A program made the translations under genes and the position numbers. A stretch of DNA of 64,000 nt. Source: an uncultured Candidatus Saccharibacteria bacterium (GTDB taxonomy: Bacteria; Patescibacteriota; Minisyncoccia; Phycocordibacterales; UBA12088). The stretch is taken from the NCBI GenBank assembly GCA_964635195.1, contig CAZWNC010000001.1, positions 1,312-65,311 of the forward strand. The letters are read 5' to 3'. Numbering within the stretch: position 1 is the stretch's first letter; every line of letters begins with the position of its first letter. The notes below the pieces were generated by a model that saw only the letters and a list, made by a program, of their open reading frames with translations, searched no databases and was not told the origin of the DNA. Positions 18,245 through 27,419 of this stretch are shown piece by piece.

Positions 18245-19540
18245 TTGTACAGAAAGTTCGCTATGCTGACACGTATGCGTAACCTAGAAAAACCGGAAAT
18301 ACTTTCACCAATACAAGATCTTACCTCACTGCGCGCCGCAATAGACGCGGGAGCGGATGCGGTCTTTTTTGGTGTCCAGGGGTACAACATGCGTGTCTCG
18401 GCAAAAAACTTTACCCTGGAGGACATAGCCACCGTCACCACAATCGCCCACGAAGCGGGTGTGAAAGCATACCTTGCACTAAACACCATCATCTACCAGG
18501 AAGAGCTTGCGGGTATGGAGGCGGTCTTAAAGAGCGCTAAAAGTGCACAGGTCGACGCGGTCATCTGTTGGGATCTTGCCGTTGTGGAAAAAGCTCGTGA
18601 GATCGGACTCACGGTGCATGTCAGTACCCAGGCCAGCGTTGCCAATGCGGAGTCGGCGCTGTTCTACAAGCGCTTGGGTGCTACGCGTGTCGTACTGGCG
18701 CGTGAGTGCAATCTGGAGCAAATTGTTGCAATTAAAGAAAAAGCAGGCATTGAGGTTGAGACATTTATCCATGGAGCAATGTGTGTCTCTGTGTCCGGAC
18801 GTTGTTTCTTGTCACAGTTCGCAACGTGCCACTCCGCAAACCGTGGGGCATGTTTGCAGCCTTGTAGACGCAGGTACCTCATCAAAGACGCGGACAGTGA
18901 CCTTGAGTATGAGCTCGGGCCAGAGTATCTGTTGAGCCCCAAAGACCTCTGCGCGCTTCCTTTTATCGAGAAGCTCGTGCTTGCCGGTATCGATTGTTTC
19001 AAAATAGAGGGAAGGAATAAAAGTCCCGAGTATGTGCATGATGTCACATCAGTCTATCGTGAAGCGGTCGATTTTGTCTGGGACAATAAAGAACACCTGC
19101 ATGAAAAGGAGTGTATGGAGCAACTTACTCAACTGAAAGAGCGACTCTTGCCGAAACTCGAACGCGTATTTAATCGTGGTTTCTCATCCGGTTTTTACTT
19201 AGGTAAGCCGATCGATGAGTGGTCACGTGCAGCTGACAGTCAAGCAACGGAGCGAAAGGTTCATGTAGGTGAGGTGGTGCATTATTATGCCAAGCCGGGC
19301 GTTGCGGAGGTTATGATCCTCACGGATGAGACACTCTCGATCGGTGATGCTATCTTGGTGCAAGGTCCGACAACCGGAAGTGTGCGGGCCACCATTGAAT
19401 CAATGGAGGTTGAACATGTGCAGGTTGATTGTGCCACAAAAGGACGTACCGTTGCCATTAAAATCGCCACACGGGTGCGCCCTCACGATGCGGTGCGAAA
19501 GGTCGTATTGCGCGACACGGAGACACGACACGGAGCGTGA
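18245..19540 (+). CDS. Peptidase U32 family protein
   Basis: N-terminal PEILSPIQDLTSLRAAIDAGADAVFFG, Cys-rich CVSVSGRCFLSQFATCHSANRGACLQPCRR typical of U32. Confidence 0.8.
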   Translation: MYRKFAMLTRMRNLEKPEILSPIQDLTSLRAAIDAGADAVFFGVQGYNMRVSAKNFTLEDIATVTTIAHEAGVKAYLALNTIIYQEELAGMEAVLKSAKSAQVDAVICWDLAVVEKAREIGLTVHVSTQASVANAESALFYKRLGATRVVLARECNLEQIVAIKEKAGIEVETFIHGAMCVSVSGRCFLSQFATCHSANRGACLQPCRRRYLIKDADSDLEYELGPEYLLSPKDLCALPFIEKLVLAGIDCFKIEGRNKSPEYVHDVTSVYREAVDFVWDNKEHLHEKECMEQLTQLKERLLPKLERVFNRGFSSGFYLGKPIDEWSRAADSQATERKVHVGEVVHYYAKPGVAEVMILTDETLSIGDAILVQGPTTGSVRATIESMEVEHVQVDCATKGRTVAIKIATRVRPHDAVRKVVLRDTETRHGA

Positions 19541-19585
19541 TGTTCGGGCACCATGAGGGCTTGGGTAAGGGCTTGACCAGAGTAT

Positions 19586-20995
19586 TCAAATTTCCTTGCG
19601 TGCCTGGGTGCGGGGAAGCGTGTACACAGGTGGTTTTCCATGTATGAAATCCTGTGCAAGTGAGTAGGTAAGCGCACCCTGATTTGGCACAACGATCAAG
19701 TCTCCAATTTCTAATCTTGATGCAAAACAGGAGTAGCCCCATCTATCTTGCATCATGCAGAGTGAACCGTAGATCATGGTATCAATTTCCTTGGTGCTCG
19801 GGTGTGTAATGTTTATGATAGGGAAATACTCATCTTCGAAACGTTCATACCCTATCATGTTCATCCCCCCATCGACTATCACGAGCCCGTCTTTACGGTC
19901 TGCGATACGAAGAAGCACGTGCATTGCGCTGTCTGCAATGATGCGACCCGGTTCTGTCAGGTATGTCGCGTTAGGGAGTAGTGGTCGGAGGTGCGTGTCA
20001 ATACCCAGAGCGATACCTTGTGCATAGTCGTGTAATGATGTGGAACGAAACGTGTGATGCTTGTACGGGAAAGGTGCCGGTGTATCGAAGTACTCGTATA
20101 TGGCTTGCACCACCTTTCCTTGAGGTGGATACCATGGGTACTCACCCTCTGTTGCGTCGGGAACGAACCCACCCCCAAAATCATAGAAAAGAATACCGGC
20201 AAGCTCTTCTTGGGAAAAATTTGCTTGGAGGTATTCCGCGACACTATGCATAGTCTCCACGTATGGTTGCGCGTCCGTATTCCAACTTTGATGTACCTGT
20301 ATGCCACAAAGATTGATGTGTTTGTGTGCCCGTGCAATGTCATAGAAACGTCTAAGCTCATTGAGCGGTATCCCGAACTTGTTCCATTTTTTTGCAGAAG
20401 TTATCCTGATACCTGTGTTGATGGTTCGATGGTGTGTTGCTGCAACTTCGGCCAAAAGTTCGAGCTCACGGAAACTGTCCATGTGAATGATCACTCGTGA
20501 GGCATGTTTACATGCGAGGGTTAGTCCTTGATGCGTTTTTGCGGGACCGGTGTATATAATGCGTTTCGCTTTCGCGTTAAGTGCAAGACGTAGCTCGCGT
20601 TCACTCGAGACATCAAGCCCGTATCCGTGTTTGACGATGGTGCGTAACACGTGTGGGTGGTCATTTACTTTCACCGCAAAATACGCGCTTATGTCAGGTA
20701 TGGCGCGTGAGAACTCTTTGGTGAAAGAGGTGAGGGCGTGTTCCAGCGCTTCGTCGTCGAGCACGAAGCACGGTGTGTCATGTTCGTGTGCAATGGTAAG
20801 GAAGCGATCCCGTTTTCGGTGAATAGCACGGACAACCGGTAGCATGCTTTGTGCAGATTCGGTATGGACCTCTTGAAGAATATGTGAAAATTTCTTTCGC
20901 AGGTCTGCCTTCATGGTGTCGGTGACAAGCGGGACGGTTCTTTGTTCTTTCTTTTGCATGAGAGAGATATTACATGAATAGTGCGGAAACTGCAC
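19586..20995 (-). CDS. PLP-dependent fold-III decarboxylase (Orn/DAP/Arg decarboxylase family) with about 60-aa N-terminal extension
   Basis: YFAVKVN PLP-lysine motif, FYDFGGGF glycine loop, EPGR, and C-terminal GSLCMMQDRW active-site Cys region. Confidence 0.75.
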   Translation of the reverse strand: MQFPHYSCNISLMQKKEQRTVPLVTDTMKADLRKKFSHILQEVHTESAQSMLPVVRAIHRKRDRFLTIAHEHDTPCFVLDDEALEHALTSFTKEFSRAIPDISAYFAVKVNDHPHVLRTIVKHGYGLDVSSERELRLALNAKAKRIIYTGPAKTHQGLTLACKHASRVIIHMDSFRELELLAEVAATHHRTINTGIRITSAKKWNKFGIPLNELRRFYDIARAHKHINLCGIQVHQSWNTDAQPYVETMHSVAEYLQANFSQEELAGILFYDFGGGFVPDATEGEYPWYPPQGKVVQAIYEYFDTPAPFPYKHHTFRSTSLHDYAQGIALGIDTHLRPLLPNATYLTEPGRIIADSAMHVLLRIADRKDGLVIVDGGMNMIGYERFEDEYFPIINITHPSTKEIDTMIYGSLCMMQDRWGYSCFASRLEIGDLIVVPNQGALTYSLAQDFIHGKPPVYTLPRTQARKEI

Positions 20996-22259
20996 TGCGG
21001 ATACTCAATCCTCGCGCATTGAGCGACCCTGTGATGGGGTCGTAGAGGGGACTGTCGCTGAAAATGGTTGCAAGTGTAAATTCTTCTTCGATGCGAGCAT
21101 GTGGCACTGAGAGGTCATGAAAGAGAAAAAAAGTATCTAATCCTGAAGGAATGTGTTGTTCGTCTGCAATGTGGCTAATGCCACGCGCAGTCAGCTGGTA
21201 TGTCCCCACCATAGGTATTTTTGAGACATCGGTGTATGCCGGTACGTCGATATCGAGAGTTGCACCCTCATAGTGACTGCTCGGAATATGCGCTTCTTCC
21301 TTTTGAGTCGTTCCGAGTGTGTCACGTACACACGCTCGTGTATACAGCCTCCATGGTTCTTTGTGTGGGGTAAGACCATTTGTGGAAAAAAGCTGTGGTG
21401 TCGCCGCTGAGAGTCGTGGGTTGCATTCAAGCACGTATGCCCTCTCGTTAGACACAATAAAGTCAATGTTCGCCATGCCGGCAAACTTTGTCGCATGCAG
21501 TAGAGCGCTTGTTTTCAGGAGCTCTCCTTGCAGTGAACGAAGTGCCTCGTCTGAGAAATAATTCGTCGGTAACCATTGTATACCCAAGAATATATTTGGA
21601 AAATCATTCTCGTATAGAAAACATTGGCGTCGTATTGCAGAAAATACCGCATGGCCTGCATGGTCTATGATGATGCTTACGCCGATCGGTGTTCCCGGTA
21701 CGTACTCACGCACAAGCACGGACTTCGTAAGCGATGCAGGTGGCACGCTGCCCGCTTGCAGAAATACTGTGCCTTGCATGCCGGATCCGGTACTTTCCTG
21801 AATAACGTACGTCTTAGTGGGTAGCATGTGTGCGGGAGTACTCAATGTTGGCGGTGTGTGCACCGCGTGCTTTCTGAGAAGACGTTGGAATACGCGCTTG
21901 TTTTCGAGGCGAGTTTGTATGCGTGCCGGAGGAGTTATCAGTGTAATTTTGTTCTTACGAGCCCACTCCCGGTACTCCTTTTTTGTTCGATACGGGACTG
22001 CAAGATGAGTGATAGATCGTTCGTGGAGTTTTTCTGCAAGATCGGTCTCAAAGAGTAGTTGATCAAAGGTTGGATAGGGAAGTTCTCGAACGCTTGAGAC
22101 CATGATGAGTTCGCTCTCGTGAAAGTGAGTGTGTGCGTAGGTGGCGACGGGTGTACCTGCAAGTACGATGATGAAGAGTCCGGCGCGATCATGTTCACGG
22201 AAAAACAATGGCTCCATCATGCTAAGCCAGACAGCCAGGGTGTTCGGAGTGTGTTGCAT
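20970..22259 (-). CDS. ATP-grasp family ligase (CPSase/biotin-carboxylase-like ATP-binding domain)
   Basis: Glycine-rich loop ESTGSGMQG. ANIDFIVSNERAYVLECNPR Mg/ATP motif. 26-nt overlap with downstream decarboxylase gene. Confidence 0.65.
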   Translation of the reverse strand: MQHTPNTLAVWLSMMEPLFFREHDRAGLFIIVLAGTPVATYAHTHFHESELIMVSSVRELPYPTFDQLLFETDLAEKLHERSITHLAVPYRTKKEYREWARKNKITLITPPARIQTRLENKRVFQRLLRKHAVHTPPTLSTPAHMLPTKTYVIQESTGSGMQGTVFLQAGSVPPASLTKSVLVREYVPGTPIGVSIIIDHAGHAVFSAIRRQCFLYENDFPNIFLGIQWLPTNYFSDEALRSLQGELLKTSALLHATKFAGMANIDFIVSNERAYVLECNPRLSAATPQLFSTNGLTPHKEPWRLYTRACVRDTLGTTQKEEAHIPSSHYEGATLDIDVPAYTDVSKIPMVGTYQLTARGISHIADEQHIPSGLDTFFLFHDLSVPHARIEEEFTLATIFSDSPLYDPITGSLNARGLSIRSAVSALFM

Positions 22260-22291
22260 GCTCGTGTCACTAGGCTTGTAACTCTGAAGAG

Positions 22292-23698
22292 TTATCGTTT
22301 TGATGTGTTCCTTTTTGTTGGCGATGATGGTGCAAGTTCTTCCTTGTAAATCGTGATGATCTTTTCAGCTACTTCTGCCGGTATGTTTTGAAAACGGTGA
22401 ATGCCAAGGTATAGCTGTGCGAGCTCTCTTTTGCGTGCCTCAAAATCGGCAAGCATTTTTTTCTTGAAAAGATCAATGCTGTAACCGGTGCGACCTCGTT
22501 CTGTTGCCAGTAAGAACGCAAGACCGAGCTCATCCTTGGTGCCATACTCAAGATTACTGACGGTCCGTTTAAAGAAGTCAGCGTACAGGTGGGCATGTTC
22601 TCGATCGAAAAGGTTTTCGGTGAAGCCCATGCCATACAGATCGATATCCGAGGCCGCTGAGAGCGCATACACGTATGCGCATTTTGAGCAGTTTTGGCAC
22701 CATCGAACCTGCTTCGCTTGTTCGTTATTTGCAAAACAGGACATCTGAAATGTACCGTACTCTGAGTACCTGGTGTGCAACACCTTCAGGATTGCGAGCT
22801 CGTAGAGTGGTTCCATTAGACTCACGACTTTGACATCCCTTCCGAGGAGTAGAGACCCAAGAAGGCCTTGTTGGGTTGTCCAGTCAGTGTGTTGGTCATA
22901 TGCGGCAGAGTAGGTGAGAACACCTTCTTTGTCAAAGAATGAGTCGTTACAAGACTGCTCGTTTCCGAGGATGATGTAGTCTGCGTTGAAGTGGTGTGCA
23001 AAGGGAAGCGCAAGTACCGCACACTCAGTCGTATGCAGTCCCCAACCCAGCTCAGTTGAAAATCCCCAGTATTTGCCATATCGAAATATACCGGGAGTGT
23101 TTTGTAAGACGTGTATCTTTACATCGAATTTCTTTTCAAAAGCGGCGGTCATTTTTTGTTTGTGGGCATGTTCAAAATCGTGAGATGGTTCTACGAACAT
23201 CACCAGTATTGGTCGTATCCCGAGCTCTTTGCAAAGTGCAAGCGTGAGCATGCTCTCTTTTCCAAACGAGAACGGTATGACCGCTGTCGGTGCATCTGAC
23301 GGGGGGCGATTGGTGTGGACGGTCTGAATCTCGTTAGTGCCAAAATACGAACGGACATTGAAAAAATCCTTCATGTATGAAACAGAGGATTTTTTGTCGG
23401 AGTGTGCGGTGCAGGGCATGTCGTATATACCGTTTTTGAAAAAAAATGTTTCCGCGAGCGATCGCGCCGTTTTGTAGTGTATGTCCGGAAGGGAAAGAAT
23501 TTGCGGAAGAAACATCGTCGAGCTCACGGTTACCGCGTCTCGCAGCGCCTCTTTTGCTTCTTGCGGGTAGCTCGTCCACACATCCTTTGGGTAACGAATC
23601 GGAAAGTGTTCTTTGTTTACCACGACCGAGACTCCGTCTTTCGTGATTTTGCCATCGACGATCAATTCGTTTGGTAATGGTGCGTGTGGTGTGTTCAT
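22292..23698 (-). CDS. Hypothetical protein with degenerate PP-loop (SFGKES ~ SGGKDS) and C-terminal CxxC zinc-ribbon; possible adenylating ATP-pyrophosphatase
   Basis: VIPFSFGKESMLTLAL resembles PP-loop of Dph6/MJ0570-like ATPases. CQNCSKCAYVYAL Cys pair. Weak assignment. Confidence 0.4.
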   Translation of the reverse strand: MNTPHAPLPNELIVDGKITKDGVSVVVNKEHFPIRYPKDVWTSYPQEAKEALRDAVTVSSTMFLPQILSLPDIHYKTARSLAETFFFKNGIYDMPCTAHSDKKSSVSYMKDFFNVRSYFGTNEIQTVHTNRPPSDAPTAVIPFSFGKESMLTLALCKELGIRPILVMFVEPSHDFEHAHKQKMTAAFEKKFDVKIHVLQNTPGIFRYGKYWGFSTELGWGLHTTECAVLALPFAHHFNADYIILGNEQSCNDSFFDKEGVLTYSAAYDQHTDWTTQQGLLGSLLLGRDVKVVSLMEPLYELAILKVLHTRYSEYGTFQMSCFANNEQAKQVRWCQNCSKCAYVYALSAASDIDLYGMGFTENLFDREHAHLYADFFKRTVSNLEYGTKDELGLAFLLATERGRTGYSIDLFKKKMLADFEARKRELAQLYLGIHRFQNIPAEVAEKIITIYKEELAPSSPTKRNTSKR

Positions 23699-23731
23699 AT
23701 TGCTTTGAGAGTTCGTGCGAATAAATGTATC

Positions 23732-26167
23732 CTACATGGAGTCGGTTTGGAGATGATAGTACTGGGGTCGATTCTCGTACCGTTTGATGGCGACACGTAA
23801 TACCTCCTCCACAAGGTCTGCGTAACTCATTTTTACCAGGCGTGCCGCGCGGGGAAGTATGTCATGCGTGTCCATGTGCTGGTTTGGATTAAGCTCAAGA
23901 ACGTACGGATTGCTATTCTTGTCGACCTTTATCTCTACGATACCATAGTCATGGCAATCGAGTATATTGTATGTGTCGAGGGCGATTTCGGTTATGAGTG
24001 ACTCAAGTTTTTTATTCATGTTCATAGAGGGCTCCTCGATGGATATTTTTTCGTAGAGTGATTTGTCAACCCATTTCGCTTCGTACGGGTAAATGTGCCA
24101 AAGCCCTTCGGGGAGTGCGTCGAATGTTGAGCGTGAGAGAGGAAGAACTCGAAGGTCGTCCTCTTCGCTACCGATAATCGGCACCGCATACTCGTCTCCA
24201 TCAATGTATTCTTCTACGAGCGCCGGACTTCCGAGTTCGTGTATGACGTAAGCAAGTCGTTTTTGGAGCTGTGTCTTGTCGGTAACGACCGACTCATTGG
24301 TGATTCCAATCGAATTATCGGTGTTCGAGGGTTTAACGATAAGTGGATACTTGAGTGTCTGATCGATATCGTCTTCGGTGGTGTACGCATAGTCCCAACG
24401 CGGAGTTGGGATTCCGTGGAAAGAAAGTAGTTTTTTGATACGGATCTTGTCATTACAGAGTCCAAGGGTAAATGGATTTGATCCGGTGTAGGGTATTTGC
24501 AACATGTCCAGAAGTGCGGCCGAATGCGGTTTGAGCATGCTTGAATTATTTATTCTTCCGCAAGCATTAAATACAATATCAACATTACTATTTCGAAGTT
24601 CGTTTATGCAACGCACCGGTTCGTTCATGTCGAAAACGGTTGTCGCATATCCTCGTTCGGCAAGGGCTTCTTCAATGTGTGTGCCAACCGCCGAAAGGGC
24701 GGCCTCAATCACACCATCCTCTTCTTGAAACATGTTGTAGAGAATTCCCACGTGCAAATTGCGTTGGCTTTTGATCGAAGTGCGTCGCATGCGTTCGATT
24801 TTTGCGGCTCCCTCAAGGAGTTCTTTGTTGGTGGAAGCCATGGAAAATCGGTTGCGTCGGAGTGTCTTTCCTATCGAGGATGACGAATGGAACTTCGCAA
24901 CGTCGTACTTGATGTACTTCAAGGCTTCGTTGAAATTGTGTTCGGTATCGAGGGGGTTTTCTCCTGAAACCACAATCCAACCAAGGTACTCGTACCCTTC
25001 GGGCGGAACCAGTACCGCATCACCCGCCTGCTTAAAGAGGCAGAGCTCCTCAACCCCCGGAACTTTTTTGATGCGTTCGTCCATTTCAAGTTTAACGAGA
25101 AGCCCGGACTGTTTCGGAGTGAATGTGTTGCTCATCAAATACTTATGGGGCGTGTCCGGTTTCCGAACTTTTTGGAGGTAGATTCCGAGGGCGATTTTCA
25201 CAGCACCCTCGATGAGATCGACCCCCCATGCCTCTTTGCTAAAGGTATACGTCTCATCGCCCCCCATGCGAAGATTGATTTCAATCGGCACAGGACCTTT
25301 TCGCGTTGTTTTGGCTTCAAAATGAATACATCCGTTCTGTATTCCCAGTTTTTCAAGCACGGTCTCCGCCATTTCCACGAGCGCCTCCTGATCTTTTGCG
25401 GGAAGTTCCGAAGGGATTGCCTGCTGTGTCTCTATGAAAAAAGGTTCCTCGGTTCGGTAATTGTCGACGACGGCGAAATACTTAATTTTTCCGTTTTGAA
25501 GCAGTATGTCGACGTCGACCTCGTCACCATCGATGTAGCTTTCGACGAGAATGTCGAGTCCTTCGTTGAGTGACGATTCGATGTTCGGGGATATGTTACG
25601 TTCAATGTACTCGTAGGTATTGTAAAACTCCTCTTTGTCTTGTGCCTTGATGACAAACGCACTCCCCGAGCCGTAGGTCGGCTTGAGGACAACGGGAAAG
25701 GTGAAAGAGGTGACGACCTGTTCCAAATCCTCCTCGTCTTTGATAAGCATATGTTCCGGGGTGCGAATCCCGTTCTCGGTACAAAATTTTCGAAAGAGAA
25801 ACTTATCACGCACTTGTTTTGCAATAGCGATTGGAACGCCTATCAGGTCGAGTGCGTCTGCTATTTTTGAGGTCAGAAGCACATCGTCTTCCCAGAACGT
25901 TACCACACCATCCACTGACACGCTTGGGTTCGCGCTGAGGAATGTCTCAATATCCTCAATCACTTTTGCGTGGTTCTTGTTGTCGGTAAGTATCCATCGG
26001 TCGATGAAGGGAGCGGCCCAATTCTTTTCATGATGGATAGCAATAATGTGAAGACCGAGCTGTTTCAGTCGCTGTACGATAAACTTCTTCTTTACCGAGC
26101 CGGTATTGACCAACAAGATGGTCTTGCCGACCAGTTCAGAGCGCTCAACATCCTGTTTCTTTTTCAC
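23732..26167 (-). CDS. Two-domain ATP-grasp ligase (N-terminal carnosine-synthase/L-amino-acid-ligase-like + C-terminal D-Ala-D-Ala-ligase-like)
   Basis: N-half has PVVLKPTYGSGSAFV and IEINLRMGGDE. C-half has Ddl-like layout (HVGILYNMF..., IVFNACGRINNSSM..., YPLIVKPSNTDNSIGI, YVLELNPNQ). 811 aa. Confidence 0.7.
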   Translation of the reverse strand: MKKKQDVERSELVGKTILLVNTGSVKKKFIVQRLKQLGLHIIAIHHEKNWAAPFIDRWILTDNKNHAKVIEDIETFLSANPSVSVDGVVTFWEDDVLLTSKIADALDLIGVPIAIAKQVRDKFLFRKFCTENGIRTPEHMLIKDEEDLEQVVTSFTFPVVLKPTYGSGSAFVIKAQDKEEFYNTYEYIERNISPNIESSLNEGLDILVESYIDGDEVDVDILLQNGKIKYFAVVDNYRTEEPFFIETQQAIPSELPAKDQEALVEMAETVLEKLGIQNGCIHFEAKTTRKGPVPIEINLRMGGDETYTFSKEAWGVDLIEGAVKIALGIYLQKVRKPDTPHKYLMSNTFTPKQSGLLVKLEMDERIKKVPGVEELCLFKQAGDAVLVPPEGYEYLGWIVVSGENPLDTEHNFNEALKYIKYDVAKFHSSSSIGKTLRRNRFSMASTNKELLEGAAKIERMRRTSIKSQRNLHVGILYNMFQEEDGVIEAALSAVGTHIEEALAERGYATTVFDMNEPVRCINELRNSNVDIVFNACGRINNSSMLKPHSAALLDMLQIPYTGSNPFTLGLCNDKIRIKKLLSFHGIPTPRWDYAYTTEDDIDQTLKYPLIVKPSNTDNSIGITNESVVTDKTQLQKRLAYVIHELGSPALVEEYIDGDEYAVPIIGSEEDDLRVLPLSRSTFDALPEGLWHIYPYEAKWVDKSLYEKISIEEPSMNMNKKLESLITEIALDTYNILDCHDYGIVEIKVDKNSNPYVLELNPNQHMDTHDILPRAARLVKMSYADLVEEVLRVAIKRYENRPQYYHLQTDSM

Positions 26168-26300
26168 GGTTGTTTTGGAGGGTATAAGATTCGGTATGTT
26201 CTATTTGCATGTCGATTACATGCAGGTGTGGACATGTGGTTGCACGCATAAATATAGCGGTATTACACAATATGTCAATCAATATTGCGCAGGTGTGGTG

Positions 26301-26328
26301 TTGTGTTCTTGTGACTTGGTGCTATTAT
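26301..26328 (+). promoter_or_regulatory. Putative promoter (TTGTGT-16nt-TGcTATTAT) for 26367 gene
   Basis: Sequence motifs. Strong SD GGAGGTG 6 nt before ATG 26367. Confidence 0.35.
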
Positions 26329-26366
26329 CCACCCTAGATTAAGCATTAGCGAGGAGGTGAACCTAC

Positions 26367-26780
26367 ATGAAAGACGATCTCGGCAGGCATCTGATTGCTG
26401 AAATGGTCGTATTTCTCTGTCTGCTGTATCGGGAAGGTGCCACAGCGAAAGAATTGGAGACGCACATGAGTGTCTTCAATAACATGAAGCCCGTGACGCA
26501 GTGTGCGGTCGGGAGGTGGCTCGAAGGTCGTACCCACCCTGATGTGTCCATGGATGTCGGGGATGAATTACTCGAGACACAAGAGCATGTGGCGGTCCTA
26601 TGGTGTTCATTGGAGCATTATCTTGACATACGTACAGACTTCGGTCATCTGGAACGTGACACTCGATCCGGACGGTACTTGGTCACACCCAAAGGGAAGG
26701 TCTATTTCGATGCGAGACGTAAGGCGTTGGAGATCCATCGACTGGTGACCCAAAAAAATGTACACAAACAACCTGCGTGA
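26367..26780 (+). CDS. Hypothetical protein (137 aa), divergent from the ATP-grasp operon; possible regulator
   Basis: Strong RBS. No recognisable motif. Position suggests an operon-associated regulator but this is unproven. Confidence 0.5.
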   Translation: MKDDLGRHLIAEMVVFLCLLYREGATAKELETHMSVFNNMKPVTQCAVGRWLEGRTHPDVSMDVGDELLETQEHVAVLWCSLEHYLDIRTDFGHLERDTRSGRYLVTPKGKVYFDARRKALEIHRLVTQKNVHKQPA

Positions 26781-26932
26781 GGATGGAGAGAGACATGCTG
26801 GTTGCTACACATGTCTCTTTTTGTTGTATACATGCATGTGTTGGTAGTTTTAAAATGCACATACGAAGTTCGAGAGCGGTTCGTTTCTGGGCCCGATTGC
26901 GTACAGCGTGTGAGCGTCGTATTGCGCAGCAT

Positions 26933-26960
26933 AAAAAAGGCCGGTACTTGGACCGGCCTT
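26933..26960 (-). terminator. Rho-independent terminator on minus strand (GGCCGGT hairpin + U6)
   Basis: Minus-strand reading aaggccggtccaagtaccggccTTTTTT, 77 nt downstream of the stop of the 27037..27237 minus ORF. Confidence 0.65.
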
Positions 26961-27036
26961 GTGTGCGTCTGTGTGGTTTGAACTGTGTGCAGACCTGTCG
27001 CGTTGAGTATCAAATACGTCTGCGCGGTTTACCCCA

Positions 27037-27237
27037 CTACGTAGGTATCGTTTCGCGAAGGGAAGTACCTTTTGACACACAAACATCAGATTTCCAGCGA
27101 GAAATGCAGTGACCGGTGTCTGATGGGCAGGTGGACTTTTGGATTTTTCGTGCGCAGCGTCCTGATTCGGGTAAGCGGTTACACTCCTTCAGTTGTGCTC
27201 CAAGCGGAGTCTCAAGTTCAGTGCTGTAAGAAATCAT
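27037..27237 (-). CDS. Small Cys-rich protein (66 aa, 5-6 Cys, no signal peptide)
   Basis: SD GAGGA 9 nt upstream of ATG. Own terminator. Cys spacing C-x8-C-x8-C-x6-C-x8-C. Could still be non-coding. Confidence 0.4.
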   Translation of the reverse strand: MISYSTELETPLGAQLKECNRLPESGRCARKIQKSTCPSDTGHCISRWKSDVCVSKGTSLRETIPT

Positions 27238-27288
27238 TGTCTAAATCCTCGTATTGTGTATTTGTAAAGAGCAGTTTGAAACAGAAAC

Positions 27289-27304
27289 CCTGACACGTGT
27301 CAGG
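27289..27304. promoter_or_regulatory. 16-bp perfect palindrome CCTGACACGTGTCAGG plus two further TGACAC/GTGTCA half-sites (27344-27349, 27385-27390) in divergent promoter region
   Basis: Seen directly. Lies between the small Cys-rich gene (-) and the helicase gene (+). Confidence 0.5.
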
Positions 27305-27419
27305 CGTGTGCGTTGTTTCTACGCGTTGGTAATGCCGACAACCTGACACCTGGTGCGTTTTAGATACAATCTGAACGATAACCGTGTCAGCACTGTGCTA
27401 GCATCAATATACGGAGGGG

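Noticed and set aside
26850-27086. 78-aa minus ORF overlapping the 26933-26960 terminator
   Set aside because: It spans the hairpin/U-run terminator and overlaps the better-supported 27037..27237 ORF in another frame.
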